Origin: Dicyema japonicum
Lineage: Eukaryota; Animalia; Dicyemida
Assembly: GCA_011109175.1 (NCBI GenBank)
Contig: RDEW01000020.1
Span: 177,143 to 241,142 of the forward strand
DNA: 64,000 bases
Direction of reading: 5' to 3'
Under the pieces are notes generated by a model. That model worked only from the letters and a program-made list of their open reading frames with translations. It had not been told where the DNA came from and ran no database searches. The position numbers were made by a program, and so were the translations under genes. How positions within the stretch are numbered: the first letter of the stretch is position 1; each line of letters begins with the position of its first letter. Shown piece by piece: positions 27,305-40,533 of the stretch.

Positions 27305-27380
27305 AGCGGTATTTCCTGCGTACTATTTAATGGCCGCTGATCTCCTACAAGTTAGTGAGGCCGGGTTAAAATAACTAAGC
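27305..27380 (+). repeat. Short conserved dispersed repeat (second copy inverted at 41516-41585)
   Basis: CGCTG(A/G)TCTCCTACAAGTTAGTGAGGCCGG is shared by both copies, and the flanks also align (CTGCGT...TAAT; TAACTAAG). Confidence 0.75.
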
Positions 27381-27487
27381 ACGTGCTTTTACCTTAAGGA
27401 ACCATCAGACTTATTTTACGAGAAAAATTTATTACTTATTAACTCTAAGCATATAATTTTTGGTAAACCAAGCTCTAACACGTCTGC

Positions 27488-27662
27488 TTGTGTCGACCAA
27501 ATCCATCCACAATAGTCAATTGCAGACTCCATTTCCGAAGAAAGGTGGATAAGCCGCTCCCATCCATTTCTATCACTCGTCATACCGTGGCGGACATTAC
27601 TTCATTCACAGGCGGAAGAGTTTTCATAATGGTCCTCACTAGTGGAGTTGGTCAGGGAGAAA
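27488..27662 (-). repeat. Second copy of the 6530-6930 repeat
   Basis: Colinear nucleotide similarity with 6629-6792. Confidence 0.65.
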
Positions 27663-27786
27663 TACTGCTAGTGTTAATTAGATATAATTTTCAAATTGAT
27701 TGAACGTCAACTTCAATTATATTCTGCTTCTCACAATAATTGAATTAGTCATTTGTGAATAAAACACAAATATTCGTCAATACTAA

Positions 27787-28250
27787 ATGCTAGCTATATT
27801 AGTAGCAAATATACTCGGACTATCTTACGTTACCACAAATCCTGAGGTGACCATGACTTACAACGAGTCCTACGATAACAACGGAGTCCACAAACTTATG
27901 ATCTATTGCCAAGCAATGAAGAGCATACACATCAGTGAGATTATTATACAGCATTTGGAGTCAAATTCTTTGGTTCCCTCAAAAATGACGACGAACAACA
28001 AAATCGTCGCAATTTTAGAAAATCTTAGCGAGGAAAAATGTGGGACGTACATTTGCAGAGTACTTTCTGTTGATAGAAAAGTTTATAAGGCTTCAATCGT
28101 CATTAAATCAGGTTTCTCTGCGATTTTTCCATTTTAGACAAAAATAAAAGATTCTTTAAGTTATTTAAAATTTTTATTATTTTATGCGTGACTTTTATTA
28201 TTTTAATTCAGTTTGCCGGATTTTTTTATTTAATTAAAAACATGTATTGA
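27787..28250 (+). CDS. Small single-Ig-domain type I membrane protein
   Basis: Signal peptide MLAILVANILGLSY; Ig cysteines IYCQA and GTYICRV; a 26-nt intron (28112-28137) joins a TM exon IFIILCVTFIILIQFAGFFYLI; stop TGA at 28250. Confidence 0.75.
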
Positions 28251-28550
28251 TTATTTTTTTAATTTTTAAATAAAATAAAAGTAAATTTTATGGGAATAAA
28301 ATATTCTTGGAATTATACAGATTTTCCGCCAAAAGACCGAACTAAAGTATACATGACTTCGTGTCCTCGCATTCCATACGAATCCTCGAAGACAACTAGA
28401 TACTGGAACGTAGACTTCCTGAGAAGCGTTTTAGAACTGCTGCTCCAGAAGTCCATCATAGTAGGCATCATCCATCTCTGGTTGTAAAAGTATAAGGTGA
28501 TTGAAACGAAGCGGAAACGAACTCCGAGGGCTGAGTATTTTTTCAGTTTC

Positions 28551-28645
28551 TTTGGGGAGTCAGAATAAGCAATTCGTGAAGAAGTGAACCGGCATTTGGG
28601 GAGTCAGAATAAGCAAATAGTGCAATTCGTGAAGAAGTGAATCGG
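28551..28645. repeat. Tandem duplication of about 44 bp
   Basis: TTTGGGGAGTCAGAATAAGCAA(ATAGTGCAA)TTCGTGAAGAAGTGAA(C/T)CGG occurs twice. Confidence 0.9.
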
Positions 28646-29079
28646 TTGACGACGTGAAGAAGTTACCTCACAGAAGAGATATTCCATGTGAAAATTGAAA
28701 AATTGTCATTCTACAGGTCTCATCCCCGTGTCAATTGTAGAAATTAATTTTAGTGAACATTATGACCCCAACTCTAATAAAATTAAAAAAATTTTTCTTT
28801 TCGTATTTAATATTAGAATATCTTTAAATCCCCAATCAATGGAAAGTCTCATTAGGAATACCCGAGATCATCAAGAAAGAAGGTATCGAGACCAACTAAT
28901 TGAGTGATCCAAACCTCTAGTAACTTTCAGACTCTCCTCGAGTTATCTCCCAGCAATCCCACTGGTACTTAAAGTCCTCCTCGAATTTCTGCAGAGGAAC
29001 TCAATTGCGTTGTTTTCTTCAGGATCTATAAGAATTGCTCTGCATGGGTTATCCATTCCCCAATTAATTTATTGACTGC

Positions 29080-31710
29080 AGAAACGCAGGAAACCCCGGC
29101 CATTGTTTTTCATAAAATTCTCTGAAAGGATAAGAATATTCGAATTATTTTTCACCGAGAATACTTGGGTGAGCTGGTGACTTGGCTCTGCTACACATGT
29201 CTAAAAAACACTCATTACAATCGAGAACTCTGGCTAATGACGTTTAACGTACGTGGAATATCGAAAAATTGACAAGGGAAGAACTTTGTGACGATCTTGA
29301 GAAATACAAAATATCTATTGGCTGCCTACAAGAGACTAAAATAGAAAATGGACGCGATGAAACATGGAACAACGACTGACTGATTCTCTTCCCGGCTGAA
29401 TGCAAGCACTACGGAATGGGATTTTCCTTACACGTGGATTACCTAAAAAAACTACATCGCTATTGGAGACTCAACGACCAAATATGTGTCCTACAAGTCA
29501 AACTAAATAATTTATGCCCGTCCAAGAGTCTATTAACTATCATAGATGTCTATGCACCACACTGCGGGCGAGTAATCAAGAACTTTGGTGAGCTCGAGGA
29601 ATTCTACTTAGAACTATCAAGCACATATTCGGATAATGCGTCCTCGTCCTTGTCTTTGTTGCGGGAGATATGAATGCAAAGGCCGGAATGCGAATGAGAC
29701 CCGAAGAATCCTCTATTGGAAGACACGGACGCGGAAGAGAAATGCATCTAGAGCCTCTTTCGTATCCTTCTGCGAGCTAAATAGCCTATTCCTGTGCAAC
29801 ACGGTCTTCATGCACTCAGCTCGCCACAAGACGACATGACACGGACAAAGGAAAAACTCTGCTGGGGAGACCGTGAATATATATAACCAAATCGACTACA
29901 TTATCTGCCGAAAGTTGATAACACTTGCTAAATAATGCACGTTCCTACCAGGGACAACAACTGACAGCGACCATAAGATCGTTATTGCGGAACTGTGTAA
30001 AAAAACACTTGACTGGGAAAAAATATTGAAAACGCGAGGACGGCGAGACAAAGGCCCAATATATACTTTCAGGCAAGAAAATTGTGGTTAGAGCCCACTT
30101 GTAGGGCTAAATATCACGAACAAATCGAGACTCTCATGGAGAAAACCGTACCGGAATCATCAGTACGAACTCTGTGATCAAACAAATCAGGTAATCTCCA
30201 AGTCGGCTATATGCCTTGGAGTCGAAATCATCACGTCCTAAAATTGGATCACCACTCGAACGTGCCAGATATGGCAAAGCATTGCAGAAAGCTAAAGCTT
30301 AAAGCGGCACACAGTGCTGCGGACAAAAAAAGGACAAAACGTCCTTCACATCAAAGACAAAGATGAAAATTCGTGGGTAACCCAGAAGAAAAAGTTGAAT
30401 TAATTGCATGTCACTTTGAAATGTTGCTGAATACAGACAATGAGGATTTTCCTCCCTTTCCAATGAGAACTGAGGCCATTAATGAATGCCATCACAGTGG
30501 AATAAGTTGAATCAGCTTTACGTAAACTGAAGAATAACAAGAGTGCTGGGTCAGACAACACAAGTCCTGAGCTTTTAAAATATGGGCCAAAAATCTTAGT
30601 GAAACAGTTGCAAAAACCTAAACGACATCTTTGAAACCAATACCGATCTAGGACTTGGAAATGGACTATTAATACCCATACAAAAACCGAACAAATCAAA
30701 AGGACCAGTAGAAAATCTCCGCCGGATCATACTTCTGAACTCGATACGCAAGGTGCTGGCAAACATTGCACTAGGTCGGATAAAGGGTGTAGCGGATCTA
30801 TACCTACCAGCAAGTCAAAGTGGGTTCCGTAAAAGAAGGTCTACAGCGAACATTGTATGAAGCCATAGATGGCGCAATGCAACGCATTAATGATTCAAGA
30901 GCGCAACGACCGTGTTGGGAATAGATTTCTCCAGAGATTTTGACTCAATAAACAGACAGAAACTGATGAATGTGCTTGAGCAAATATTGGATGAATCGTC
31001 GGTTAGGATAATCAAACTACTACTTGCGAACACAAGAATATCTGTGAGGACAGAAGGAGCAACTTGAAAATGTACTAAGAGACCCTGAAGATGTAGTAAG
31101 GAGGAAAACACTGGCAAATGCGGCAATGGCTAAACTGAGGAAAGGATGGTTAAGAGCCAAAGGACTTGGAATTGACATTAGATGCAGGCTTTGTGAAACT
31201 AATCTTACTGTATAACGCTGTGACTTGGGGAAGTTCCTTCAACGAACTATTGAAACTGGATTCGTTTTATAGAAAACAACTAAGAAGCTTACTCGGAATG
31301 GAGTGGCCACGTAGAATATCAACCACTGGTATTTACAACAAGTGTATGTGTTCTTACATCAGCAAGGATGTGATAGATGCCCGGTGGAGGCTATTTGGGC
31401 ATGTACTAAGAATGAACCCATACGCACCCGCTAACAAAGCGATGGAAGATTACTTTGACAGTTGGGACAAACCCTTCCGTGGACGACCTACAATGAAACT
31501 GCTAACTGCCTTAAACAAAGATCTAAACCATGTGAGAAAAAAGCTAAAGACAGGGGAAACCTTGACGAATTAAGATTACTTGCATTCGACAGAGGAAAAT
31601 GGAAGAGATTGACGCTAAATCTTGTTTCTTGTGCCTTAATAATAATGCAAAGAATGATGTCCTCGCGTACAACTCAAATGACTTTAGGAAAACAAACTAA
31701 ACAGACCTCA
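29080..31710 (+). mobile_element. RTE-clade LINE (APE endonuclease plus RT), degenerate, RT core deleted
   Basis: APE TFNVRG...CLQETK, YAPH, NQIDYII, DSDHK; RT LKNNKSAGSD..PELLKYG, QSGFRKRRST, IDFSRDFDSI; C-terminal RWRLFGHVLRM...RGRP. Confidence 0.9.
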
Positions 31711-32693
31711 TATGTTGTGCATCTTTGGCCCGTCTACATTGTGGTCCTCAACCTTTTTTGAGCAGATGATAGATTCGCGATCTTTTTGTTTGTCTTAGAC
31801 ATAGTGAAAGGTCTTTGGGAACGACTTGAATTATAATGGTCGTCGGCTTCCCACATGTTAGTAAAGTCAGGGTTATAATTTTATCTACTTGGTTTTACGG
31901 ACATGATAAAGTTCAGAGTTGTAGCCCGACGTTCCATGCTCTTAAGTTGAGGAGAACGAGAGCCCAGCCAAAACCTCTAAACTTCCGAAAAGTGATTCGT
32001 CCATACAGGAAGTGTGGTGGCACTCGGGAGGAAAAGTGAGAAAGGATGAGGCGACTGCTTAAAAAAGCCGGGATCACCTGACGGCCCCAACTCTCTGTTA
32101 TTATGTCGGTGATTTTTGGTTTTAAATAAAATAAATAAGGACAAAGGCTTCCTACTTACTCTTCCAGTTATCTTGACGGGAATTGCATGGAACGGAGCAA
32201 GAACGGATTGAGGAGCACTTGGAATCTTATTCCATTTCTTTCTTTCCTGGTCCTAACCTTTAATTGATCTTACAAAATCTGATTTTAACATCAATATAAA
32301 AATCAAAATTTCAATCTCCTCTAATTTGGGAACCTGCTCCAGTGATCCCTAACCTCTAGTTGATCGGCAAAATATCAATTTAATATTATTTCAAAATTTT
32401 TTTTCGACTTTTTCTATCTTGAGGATTACCTTCGTGGTCCTAACCTCGATTTGATATTAAAAGGATCATTCTTACCCTCATTTTCGAAACATGTATAGAA
32501 AATTGGCTGTTTAAAAGTCGATAATAAGGACTGATATAAAAATTTATAACGAAACTCATTGAGCGCATTCTCTACAAATTGGAAGGGAAATGTATTTTCA
32601 ACTTTGAGAACTGCAGCCTTTAATCAAATAGTTAGTCGTTAACAGTGTTTTAGCAAATTAATACAAAATATGATATATTATCTGAAGGACCTG

Positions 32694-33163
32694 CCATTTG
32701 CCGGACCGTACTTCACATTTTTATAATAAAATATATTGTTTTACATGATAATGAAATGATGATATCAATTCTCAAGATTAAAAATAATAAAAACTTAATT
32801 TTTGAAAAAAAACAATTCATTTTATGATTATGTGTCGGGTTAAAAATGTCGTAGAATCTAAAATTAGGGTCTAGAGAAGGGTTTATGAATAAAATCTGTA
32901 TGGATATTTTTAAGGTTAGAGCAGAGGTTTCAGAAAAATTATTTTACTGCCACACTAATCGTAGTTGGTTATCCTTTAAAACCAAATAAAATCTTGTTAA
33001 AAAAGTGTCAGATTTTTGAAGTTGGCTTGTTGTTCTTGTTTCAATGTCAATTTTTTACAACATTGCTGAAATATCGAAAATATTTGAATAAAGTTAATTA
33101 CTTTAAAATACGTAAGTTTTTTTAGGAAAATTAGTGAAATTCGTAAAGCGGTCCGTCAAATGG
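32694..33163. mobile_element. Candidate MITE / non-autonomous DNA transposon
   Basis: A 15-bp inverted repeat with 1 mismatch (CCATTTGCCGGACCG 32694-32708; CGGTCCGTCAAATGG 33149-33163) flanks very AT-rich non-coding DNA. Confidence 0.45.
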
Positions 33164-33401
33164 GCGCTCACATTATCTAACCCCGAAAAATGCAACCGCA
33201 GGAAAGGAGTTAAACCATCTAATTAAGTGATCCTAGTAGACCTCACCAGGTTAGAGAGGTTTTAACTGATGTACAAAAAACTAATTAATATACTAAAAAT
33301 AAACAAAAATTTTAATTAATTAGGCCGAAAGAGTTATGAAAAATAATTGAATGTCAAAGAGATAAAGAATGAGATTTGTCATAGACGCTCAGTTATGATA
33401 A

Positions 33402-36400
33402 CTATTTTTTCCTACAAAATAAACATCAAATAAAAACCGATAATGAGAATTCTCGCCACGACAATCGGATTCCACATTCTCAGCTACCCCTCAAAAACAA
33501 AACCTTACCACACATATCCTCAAGTTGTTGCCTCTTGTGCATTTTTAAGACCATATTCTTTAGCAAATTGTCCTCTTCCTTAGACTCGCTCTGTTGAGTC
33601 GCAAATCTGGTCCCCAAAGTAGTCGATTTGTCTACCATCAGTGATAATTGCTGCGAATTACACAAACACAAAACCTGTTGTTTTTTCCCTTTACGAGAAA
33701 GTAGTCTACACTCGACGGCAGACAAATCGCGGGACATACAACCATCTACCATGACAAAAACGTATACTCATTTTAATCGGAGTCTTCATCATTTCGGAAA
33801 CTGGCATTTTTACACGTTCTAACTGTCGAGGTACAGTCGACTCTGACACCATTTTATCAAACATCTTCATAAAATCAGAGTCATTCTTGTCGTCCTCAAT
33901 ACGAATGATTTCCTTCCGTTTTTTCTAGTCATATAACCATACGTAACCTCAATTTCAAGCAACCTTTCCGCCTTTATTTTGTTAGCACTCTTGATTTCTT
34001 TAGGTTGGGAAAAAGCTAAAAACTAACATCCTCAAAATACCTCCAATTTCGCCCATCAGACCAGAATTGGTCATTTTGTTGTTGAAAATTGTCTTCAATA
34101 ACTTATCGTATAGTTTTCTGGCGTCCTCAACGGACTCACACGAAGGTAAATCCACCAATGGGCAATCGGCGGAATCCATGTAAAGGGCATAAATCTCAGG
34201 AGGAAATATGTTGTCCTCATCCCATATTTTATCAGTATATTTGAACCAGAAATAAAGCTGCAATAACCAAGCTCTATACCCGAAAAATAATGACAAAATA
34301 ATCTAATCTTCGTCCATAATATGACAACAACTGATTACGAGAAGAAAACTGACTGAAGAGTGTGTCCAACAAAACACAAACAAGTCTTATACGGAACAGA
34401 CAATCCTTCATTTCATCGTTGGAGGTCACAGACTCGTTCAAATAGTTATCCCCATATCCAAATTGTAACAAAGAATATAGCATCCCACAAACTGCCTCAC
34501 AGTCCACAAGGTTGTAAAAATTCAGTTCTCCCACCAACCTAACCATTGCCATCGCTCGCTGCTTCCATGAGGGATTCATTGACTCCAAACACAGTTTTAT
34601 CCCCTCAAACACTCTATCAGCAACAACGACGTAAAATCTCGGACTCTAGAATACTTATTAACAATAATTACGATTTGAGATTTGGCAATATTTGAGACGA
34701 TGGCAGCAATGTGGTTAAGTTCGTTGAATTTATATCTCCACACCTCGACAAAACAGGAGACAAGAAAATCGAAGGTCTAAATAACTCGTCTTTACCAACC
34801 TTTTCGTCCTCCCAATTGTACTTACACAGCTTTCCCACCACCTTACAATAAATTAGAACAATAAACCATCTTTTCGACTTCTATAGTAAAATCTGACTGT
34901 AAAAGGAAGTGGACGTACTGAAAGTGTATGGGGATGGTCTCCACAGGTTTGTTGGACAGACTTTCAAGTGGCTTCGTCGAGTAATAAGCATTTTCAATCA
35001 TCACCACGTATCTGGAGTCCAGGTGTAAGTGCATCTTCTTTTGAGTAATCCAGTCCTAAATAGTTTAAACAGGCTGATTACCATATACACTTTAATTCTC
35101 TGATGGGCATCCGGATTACAGTACAAATATCTCCCACAACTCTCCAGAATAGCGCACGTCATCTCAATATTGTGATAGGAAAAATCATGGATGAGCACTT
35201 TGAGACAGTTTAGAGACACCGTGATAGGCAAAATCTCAAATTTTGTGAGTTCAGCTAAAATAATTCCAATAATGACCGATAAGTCGCACAGTCCTGAGTT
35301 TTGACTCAATATTGATCTGGTTCTTCACCTTCAACTGCCATAAGAAATCTTTTTTCAAATGTTCAGCCAATTCTGCTGCCAGATCAGTCATTACTGGGAA
35401 CAAAATTTTCACCAGGCGAGCATACAAGGGCAATAAGTCATATCTCGTCCGGTTCACGTTGAAAATAGCTCTGGCCAATTTTTTTCGATTTATCCGGGTA
35501 TTAAGAGTAAGATAAAACTCTTCGGCAGCCTTGTCTATCATTTCCTTATTTAATGAGCTCTTCAGGGTCACAATAAAGTCTGCGAGGCTAGATTTCACCT
35601 CAGTGGTCGAAGTCTCAACCTCTTCCTCATTTTGCTTAGTCTCTTCACAAATCGATGTACTAAATGCGGAAATATATTTACTCTAAAGCTTCCTGAATCT
35701 CAGGGGCCAATTGCTTGATCTCGTCCACCTCTTCTGTAAGTTTTATATCAAAAGACTCACAAATTGAGCTTAGTTCTAAAGAAGTTCAAAAAGGGCACAA
35801 CCATCATCGTTTGACTGAGATTTAGAATCAATTTTATTCGTGTTTTGTGTCGCCGATTGATTCCCACTGTTTAATTTAGTAATGTCGGGTATATCGTAAT
35901 AAAACGCTCTCATGTCATCATCAATATACCACTGAGAGTTCAAAGCAGTCGTCTGGACATTAAAAATGTCATTAACCTCGACATCATCAGAGTTAACCCC
36001 ATTTTGATCACTGCTTCTCTCATTCTCTTTCGTTTCTATGAAATTTATAACAAATAAAATTACTTTCATTGGGATCCACAAATTCAGTGAATTCTTTATC
36101 GAGAAAATTCTATGAAAATTTAAAACAATTAATACTGCAAAATAGCGGGCCGATTCAACCAAATTTTCGAAATAATCTAAAAGTGCCTGAGACTTTTCTA
36201 TTCGTTCATCAGACAGTTCTCCACGAGTCTGTAAATCACAAATAACGAAAAACCTGAAGAATCTGGTTATTCTGCCGTCGGTTGTTGCACAATTCTGCAT
36301 GCTTTCTGGCAGTAAACTTCATGAACTGCTGAAAGTAGCTGACCAGCAAAGCGTGGAAACATTTATTCTTCATAGATGGGTAGATCTACAATATTAGCCG

Positions 36401-37294
36401 ACAATAAACCAAAGAAGGTGGAAGAGTCGTATCATACTTTTCAGCTGTCAGTCGGGCACTATGATGGTGTACACCGGCGTAGTCGAGTCCGCAGAACTTT
36501 GTAAAAGCGGAAATGATAGCGAGGTTGCTGAAGGTCTCAAGGTCCGTGGATGTTATTAAATTCAGTTGGCTGCTCAAAACGACAGTCCCTTTTCAGAGAG
36601 CACACCAACACTGACAAGTTCGGCAAAAAAACGGAGATTTACTCTGTACAATGTTGGGTTTACAATCTAAGAATAGTTAATTAATACAATTATATTGGAC
36701 AAAATTAGAATTATTGATTTTATCATCAATTAATTAGTAAAAATAAAAAAACCTTTGAATCCTTGCGGGAAATTAACGCCTTAGACATTACTTCGTACAA
36801 TTGACTCGAAAAGTCCTCATAACGTACATTGATCAAAGTACACAGCTCAACGGCTGAGGGGACATCATCCATCTTTCGCTTTGATTCACACAGAGCAGCA
36901 GCCTTAAATAAGAAAAGGATAGATTACCAATTCTCCAGTGTATTGGCTGAGATTAAGGCCATCAAACTCTTTTTTCATGGAAGGGCACGTAGAAGAAGTC
37001 AGAGATTTCTATAAATTGTCATTTTTCCAAAATACCAGTTTTCTTACAAAAGCCCGTGTTTTCTTCATGCTGGAGTCGAGATTACGAAAGAATGCCTCAT
37101 CTGGACGACTTGATGCTGTTTTGTAAGAAAATGGGCCAAACTGGTCACAGATTGGTTGATTTGAATGAGCTTTGATTTCAGGCAATTCCTGTCTTCGACA
37201 TCTTTGATGTACTTCTGTAGCTCAGCCTGCAGTGAGTTAGTTAAAGACTTACGTAGTCATCAACAACAGTTACAGTTTCATTTCTACACTCCAT
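33402..37294 (-). CDS. UPF2: Nonsense-mediated decay factor UPF2 (three MIF4G domains), many micro-introns
   Basis: RPDEAFFRNLDSSMKKTRAFVRKL; RGELSDER; NRKKLARAIFNVNRTRYDLLPLYARLV; NIEMTCAILESCGRYLY; MIENAYY; FRIRLVCVLLDT; YFWFK. Confidence 0.95.
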
Positions 37295-37639
37295 CTTTTT
37301 TATTACTTTTCTCTCTCTAAAAGATATCTATATTGATAATTTTAGATTATTTATAAGTAAAACAGTATAAGAGTTATTCTAAACAAACCACTAAATCAAG
37401 TGTAGCACTTTTAATTTAATTTTAAAAATATTTAATTACTTAAATATTATAATTAATTAAATATTATTTTTTTATCAGCGAACTTATAACTCTTTAAATC
37501 CACCTTGACTTTATGATAAGTTGTTTGCTTAGAAAAACCTATTTATAACTTTAATGATTATTCAATTTCTCCGCAGTTCTTTCTCCACAATTTTCCTTAA
37601 CACAACGTTTACCAGGAAGTGAATTGTTCTATTTATACT

Positions 37640-38150
37640 GCTTTTAAAACTAAATTAACTAATTTCGTGATCCTGACTCGTTCCAGTAGAGCTCTCATAC
37701 AAGTACAGTGACCCATGGACGTTTTTGGGAAGATGCGGTCGAAGCCAGAACTTTCAGTCGGGGAACGAAATTGTCTCTCGGTAGAATCAAGATATGGATC
37801 TTTTTGAATATCAGCCAGGCATTGATGTCCCCTGAGTAAGGTGAATCCGATGACGCAACTTGAAGGTAGGAAGATAAATCTTTAATCAAGTAATCACTGC
37901 CACCAAATTGCACCACGTGGCCATAAGCTAAATAAATTAATTGTTGCATGCGCATAACATGATCATAACACTCACATGGCAAATTCGGTGTACACCAGTG
38001 GTCATTCTTGAATGGACAGCAAATCAGATTCTATAATGCTCTGAACCGCTAGGTGAAAATATTAGTCGATATTTTCTGTGGTTCTCGACGGGATTTCTGC
38101 AATCTTCTTCTCATATAGACAGGAATATCTTAGCGTTTTGATATCGCTAT
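37640..38150 (-). mobile_element. LINE C-terminal (zinc-knuckle) fragment; related copies at 39460-39670 and 51710-52040
   Basis: Shared block CCTGAGT(A/T)AGGTG(A/G)ATCCGATGACG (ASSD.PYSGD); HVV zinc-knuckle remnant; GGATCAC end. Confidence 0.6.
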
Positions 38151-38216
38151 GGAGTATAAAGGGAGGAGTTTCAGTTAAAAAACACACTCTTGATCTTTTG
38201 CTTTCTATATCATTTC

Positions 38217-38991
38217 CCATTCAATATGAGAATATGTCAATCAAAATGGAATAATGCCAATCAAAATAAGAATAGTATCATTCAAAGTGAAATAGTGTCA
38301 ATCAAAATGAAAAAAATTTGTAGGTGTTCAAAATTAATATAGATTAGTAATATTTGTTTATTTTAATCCCAAAGTTGAGGTCGTATTGGAAGAACCAGAA
38401 TTTGTGGGGCATGTCACATTGAAACTAACACTGAATTTTTCAACGCTCAACTCAATCGAGAGTGTCTGGTCTAAAAAGCGATATTAAAAGAAATTTGGCT
38501 GCTCAAATGACTAATGTGTTAAATAAGAAAAGGGTGATGTTTCTATTGCTGAGTACAGACTAAGAATACTTGAAGGGTTAGTTCACAATGCAATGGATAA
38601 GGTTAATACAACTTTATAGCAAGCTTATTGCAGGAATTCAGGTTCATGTGTGAAATGCCTCAATAAAAGTGATATGAACTTTTAGTATTAAATTATGGTG
38701 AAAAAAAATAAATTTTCATTTTTTGTAACAATTAAAAATTTATTTATAAGCAAAAAAAGGACAAAACATTAGTTAGCTGCCCTCACTCCTCTCAGAATTG
38801 CGAGCGAAATTTGCTCAAACAGCCAGCAACCTTCGCGGAGATCTCCAGTGCATGAGGTGATCCGGTTTCCAAAACAGTTAAAAATTTTTATACTGTTCCA
38901 TTTTGAATGGCACTGTCCCACTTTTAATGACACTATTCTCATTTTGAATGATACGGTTCCATTTTGAATGACACTATTCTCATTCCAATGA
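38217..38991 (+). mobile_element. Tc1/IS630-like transposon remnant with inverted arrays of about 20-bp subterminal repeats, containing a nested CRE fragment
   Basis: About 5 units of TCA(T/A)TCAAAATG(A/G)GAA(T/C)AGTG at 38217-38316 and about 5 inverted units at 38891-38991; internal LNSIESVWSK resembles the DDE_3 LNPIE.VW motif; CRE piece (TGDLREGCWLFEQISLAILRG) at 38769-38880 on the minus strand. Confidence 0.65.
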
Positions 38992-39059
38992 AGAAACAAG
39001 GCACGTTACCACCAAATACGTCTTCAGAGTGTAGTAGTTATTTTAATTAGTGTTATTTA

Positions 39060-39200
39060 TTTAACCCCAAGACCACCAAGAAGGAAAGGTTAAACCCACT
39101 TATAAGGTGATCCCAGCCTCCAATATCTCCCGAACTCTCCTTGAATGTTTCACCAGTGACCCACTTGCCTTGCAAAAGTACCTTCTTCATGTCCTACATG
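39060..39200 (-). mobile_element. LINE 3' end (GIT family)
   Basis: GSLVKHSRRVREILEAGIT followed by TTGGTGGTCTTGGGGTT; near-identical in layout to 5890-6030. Confidence 0.7.
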
Positions 39201-40533
39201 CATTTGACACTTCTTTTATTCCGATTTTTAGTTTCTGATATCTTCCAAGTCATCTCCTCGTTCATGCTGATAAAATCACATAACTATCATCCCATAGTGC
39301 AGATTTCGACAGATGATACTTCAATTTCTTTCATTTTCGGAGTGGATGTGATTCCCACACCTCGTCTATGCTCATAAAAAGGGAAACTTTCATCCGTCAA
39401 CTCTTGACCTGATAGTTCAGAATTGAAGACTAAACTCCAAATTGAAAATGATAAAACCAAACTAACTAACCCGATAACCCTGATACGTTCCATTAGACCC
39501 CTCATCCAGAGGACTTTGTCCGGGAAGTTGAAATCGAACCCAGAACTTGTTGCTAGGGAGCAAAATAGTCTTTTGGTAGAATGAAGAGATGGATCCTTCT
39601 AAATACAAGCATTGGGATTTTCTTGAGTTAGGTGAATCCGATGACGGAAAAACAAAAGTCAAATAAGTTATTTCTTATTTCACGACAATCCTGATTTAAT
39701 GATTTATTTAAATCTGAGAATCACCACTATTTTTTGAGGAAATCTCGGCAAAAAGATGATCCTAGTTCCTCTCAGCATCTTCCTCATTTAGGGAGTCCTA
39801 GAAAGTCCTAGAAAAATATGTGGATTATATGATATGGCATCGAAGGCATCAATCACTAAAAAAATCAAAAACATTAATATTGCCAAATATATGACCACGT
39901 GGAGATGTGGGTTGTCAGAGTTAATGCTCACTGAGTCAACTCACTATACCTGTTTAGTCTTCGTGTGGTGGAAAGTAAAAGTTTATGGGTACTCTACTCA
40001 TGCGGAACCAGATTACCCCGCTTTTGTGAAAAATTGCTTCGCCTATCTCTGTCCTGGGAAAGAAAAAGTCGGTCAGCTTATAAGTTGTTCTCCCCAATCG
40101 ATTTCCCAATCAATACAAGAGAAGGCGCTTCCCGGCAACGGTGGGTACGGTGAAGGACTACAGAGGTAACATGGTGCTGCCAATTATGGAGACTGGGATC
40201 ACTTAACTGTTTGACTATTTTATTTTCCTTTCTCGGTGACCCCAGGGTTTTGAATAAATTTTGTTTCCCTATCAAGTTAACATAAAGCATTAAATAGTTA
40301 ATTCCATCTTCGCTAATATGTAGGAAGCTATCAACGATTAGAAATTAGGTCGTTCTCAGAGATCCTCTACTATCATATCGAGTCTGGTAGTCCAGGACGA
40401 GATAATAACTTTTCTTCCACGGAGAGATGAGAAATCTGCAAGCCACAGGCGGTCAAGTCAAACACTGATGGTCTTTGGTATTAACGATTTTGAACTGAAT
40501 CATTTAATTAAATTATGGAAACAGGCAGAACTC

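Noticed and set aside
38217-38316. CRISPR-like array
   Set aside because: The units are contiguous with no unique spacers, there are no cas genes, and the context is a eukaryotic transposon.
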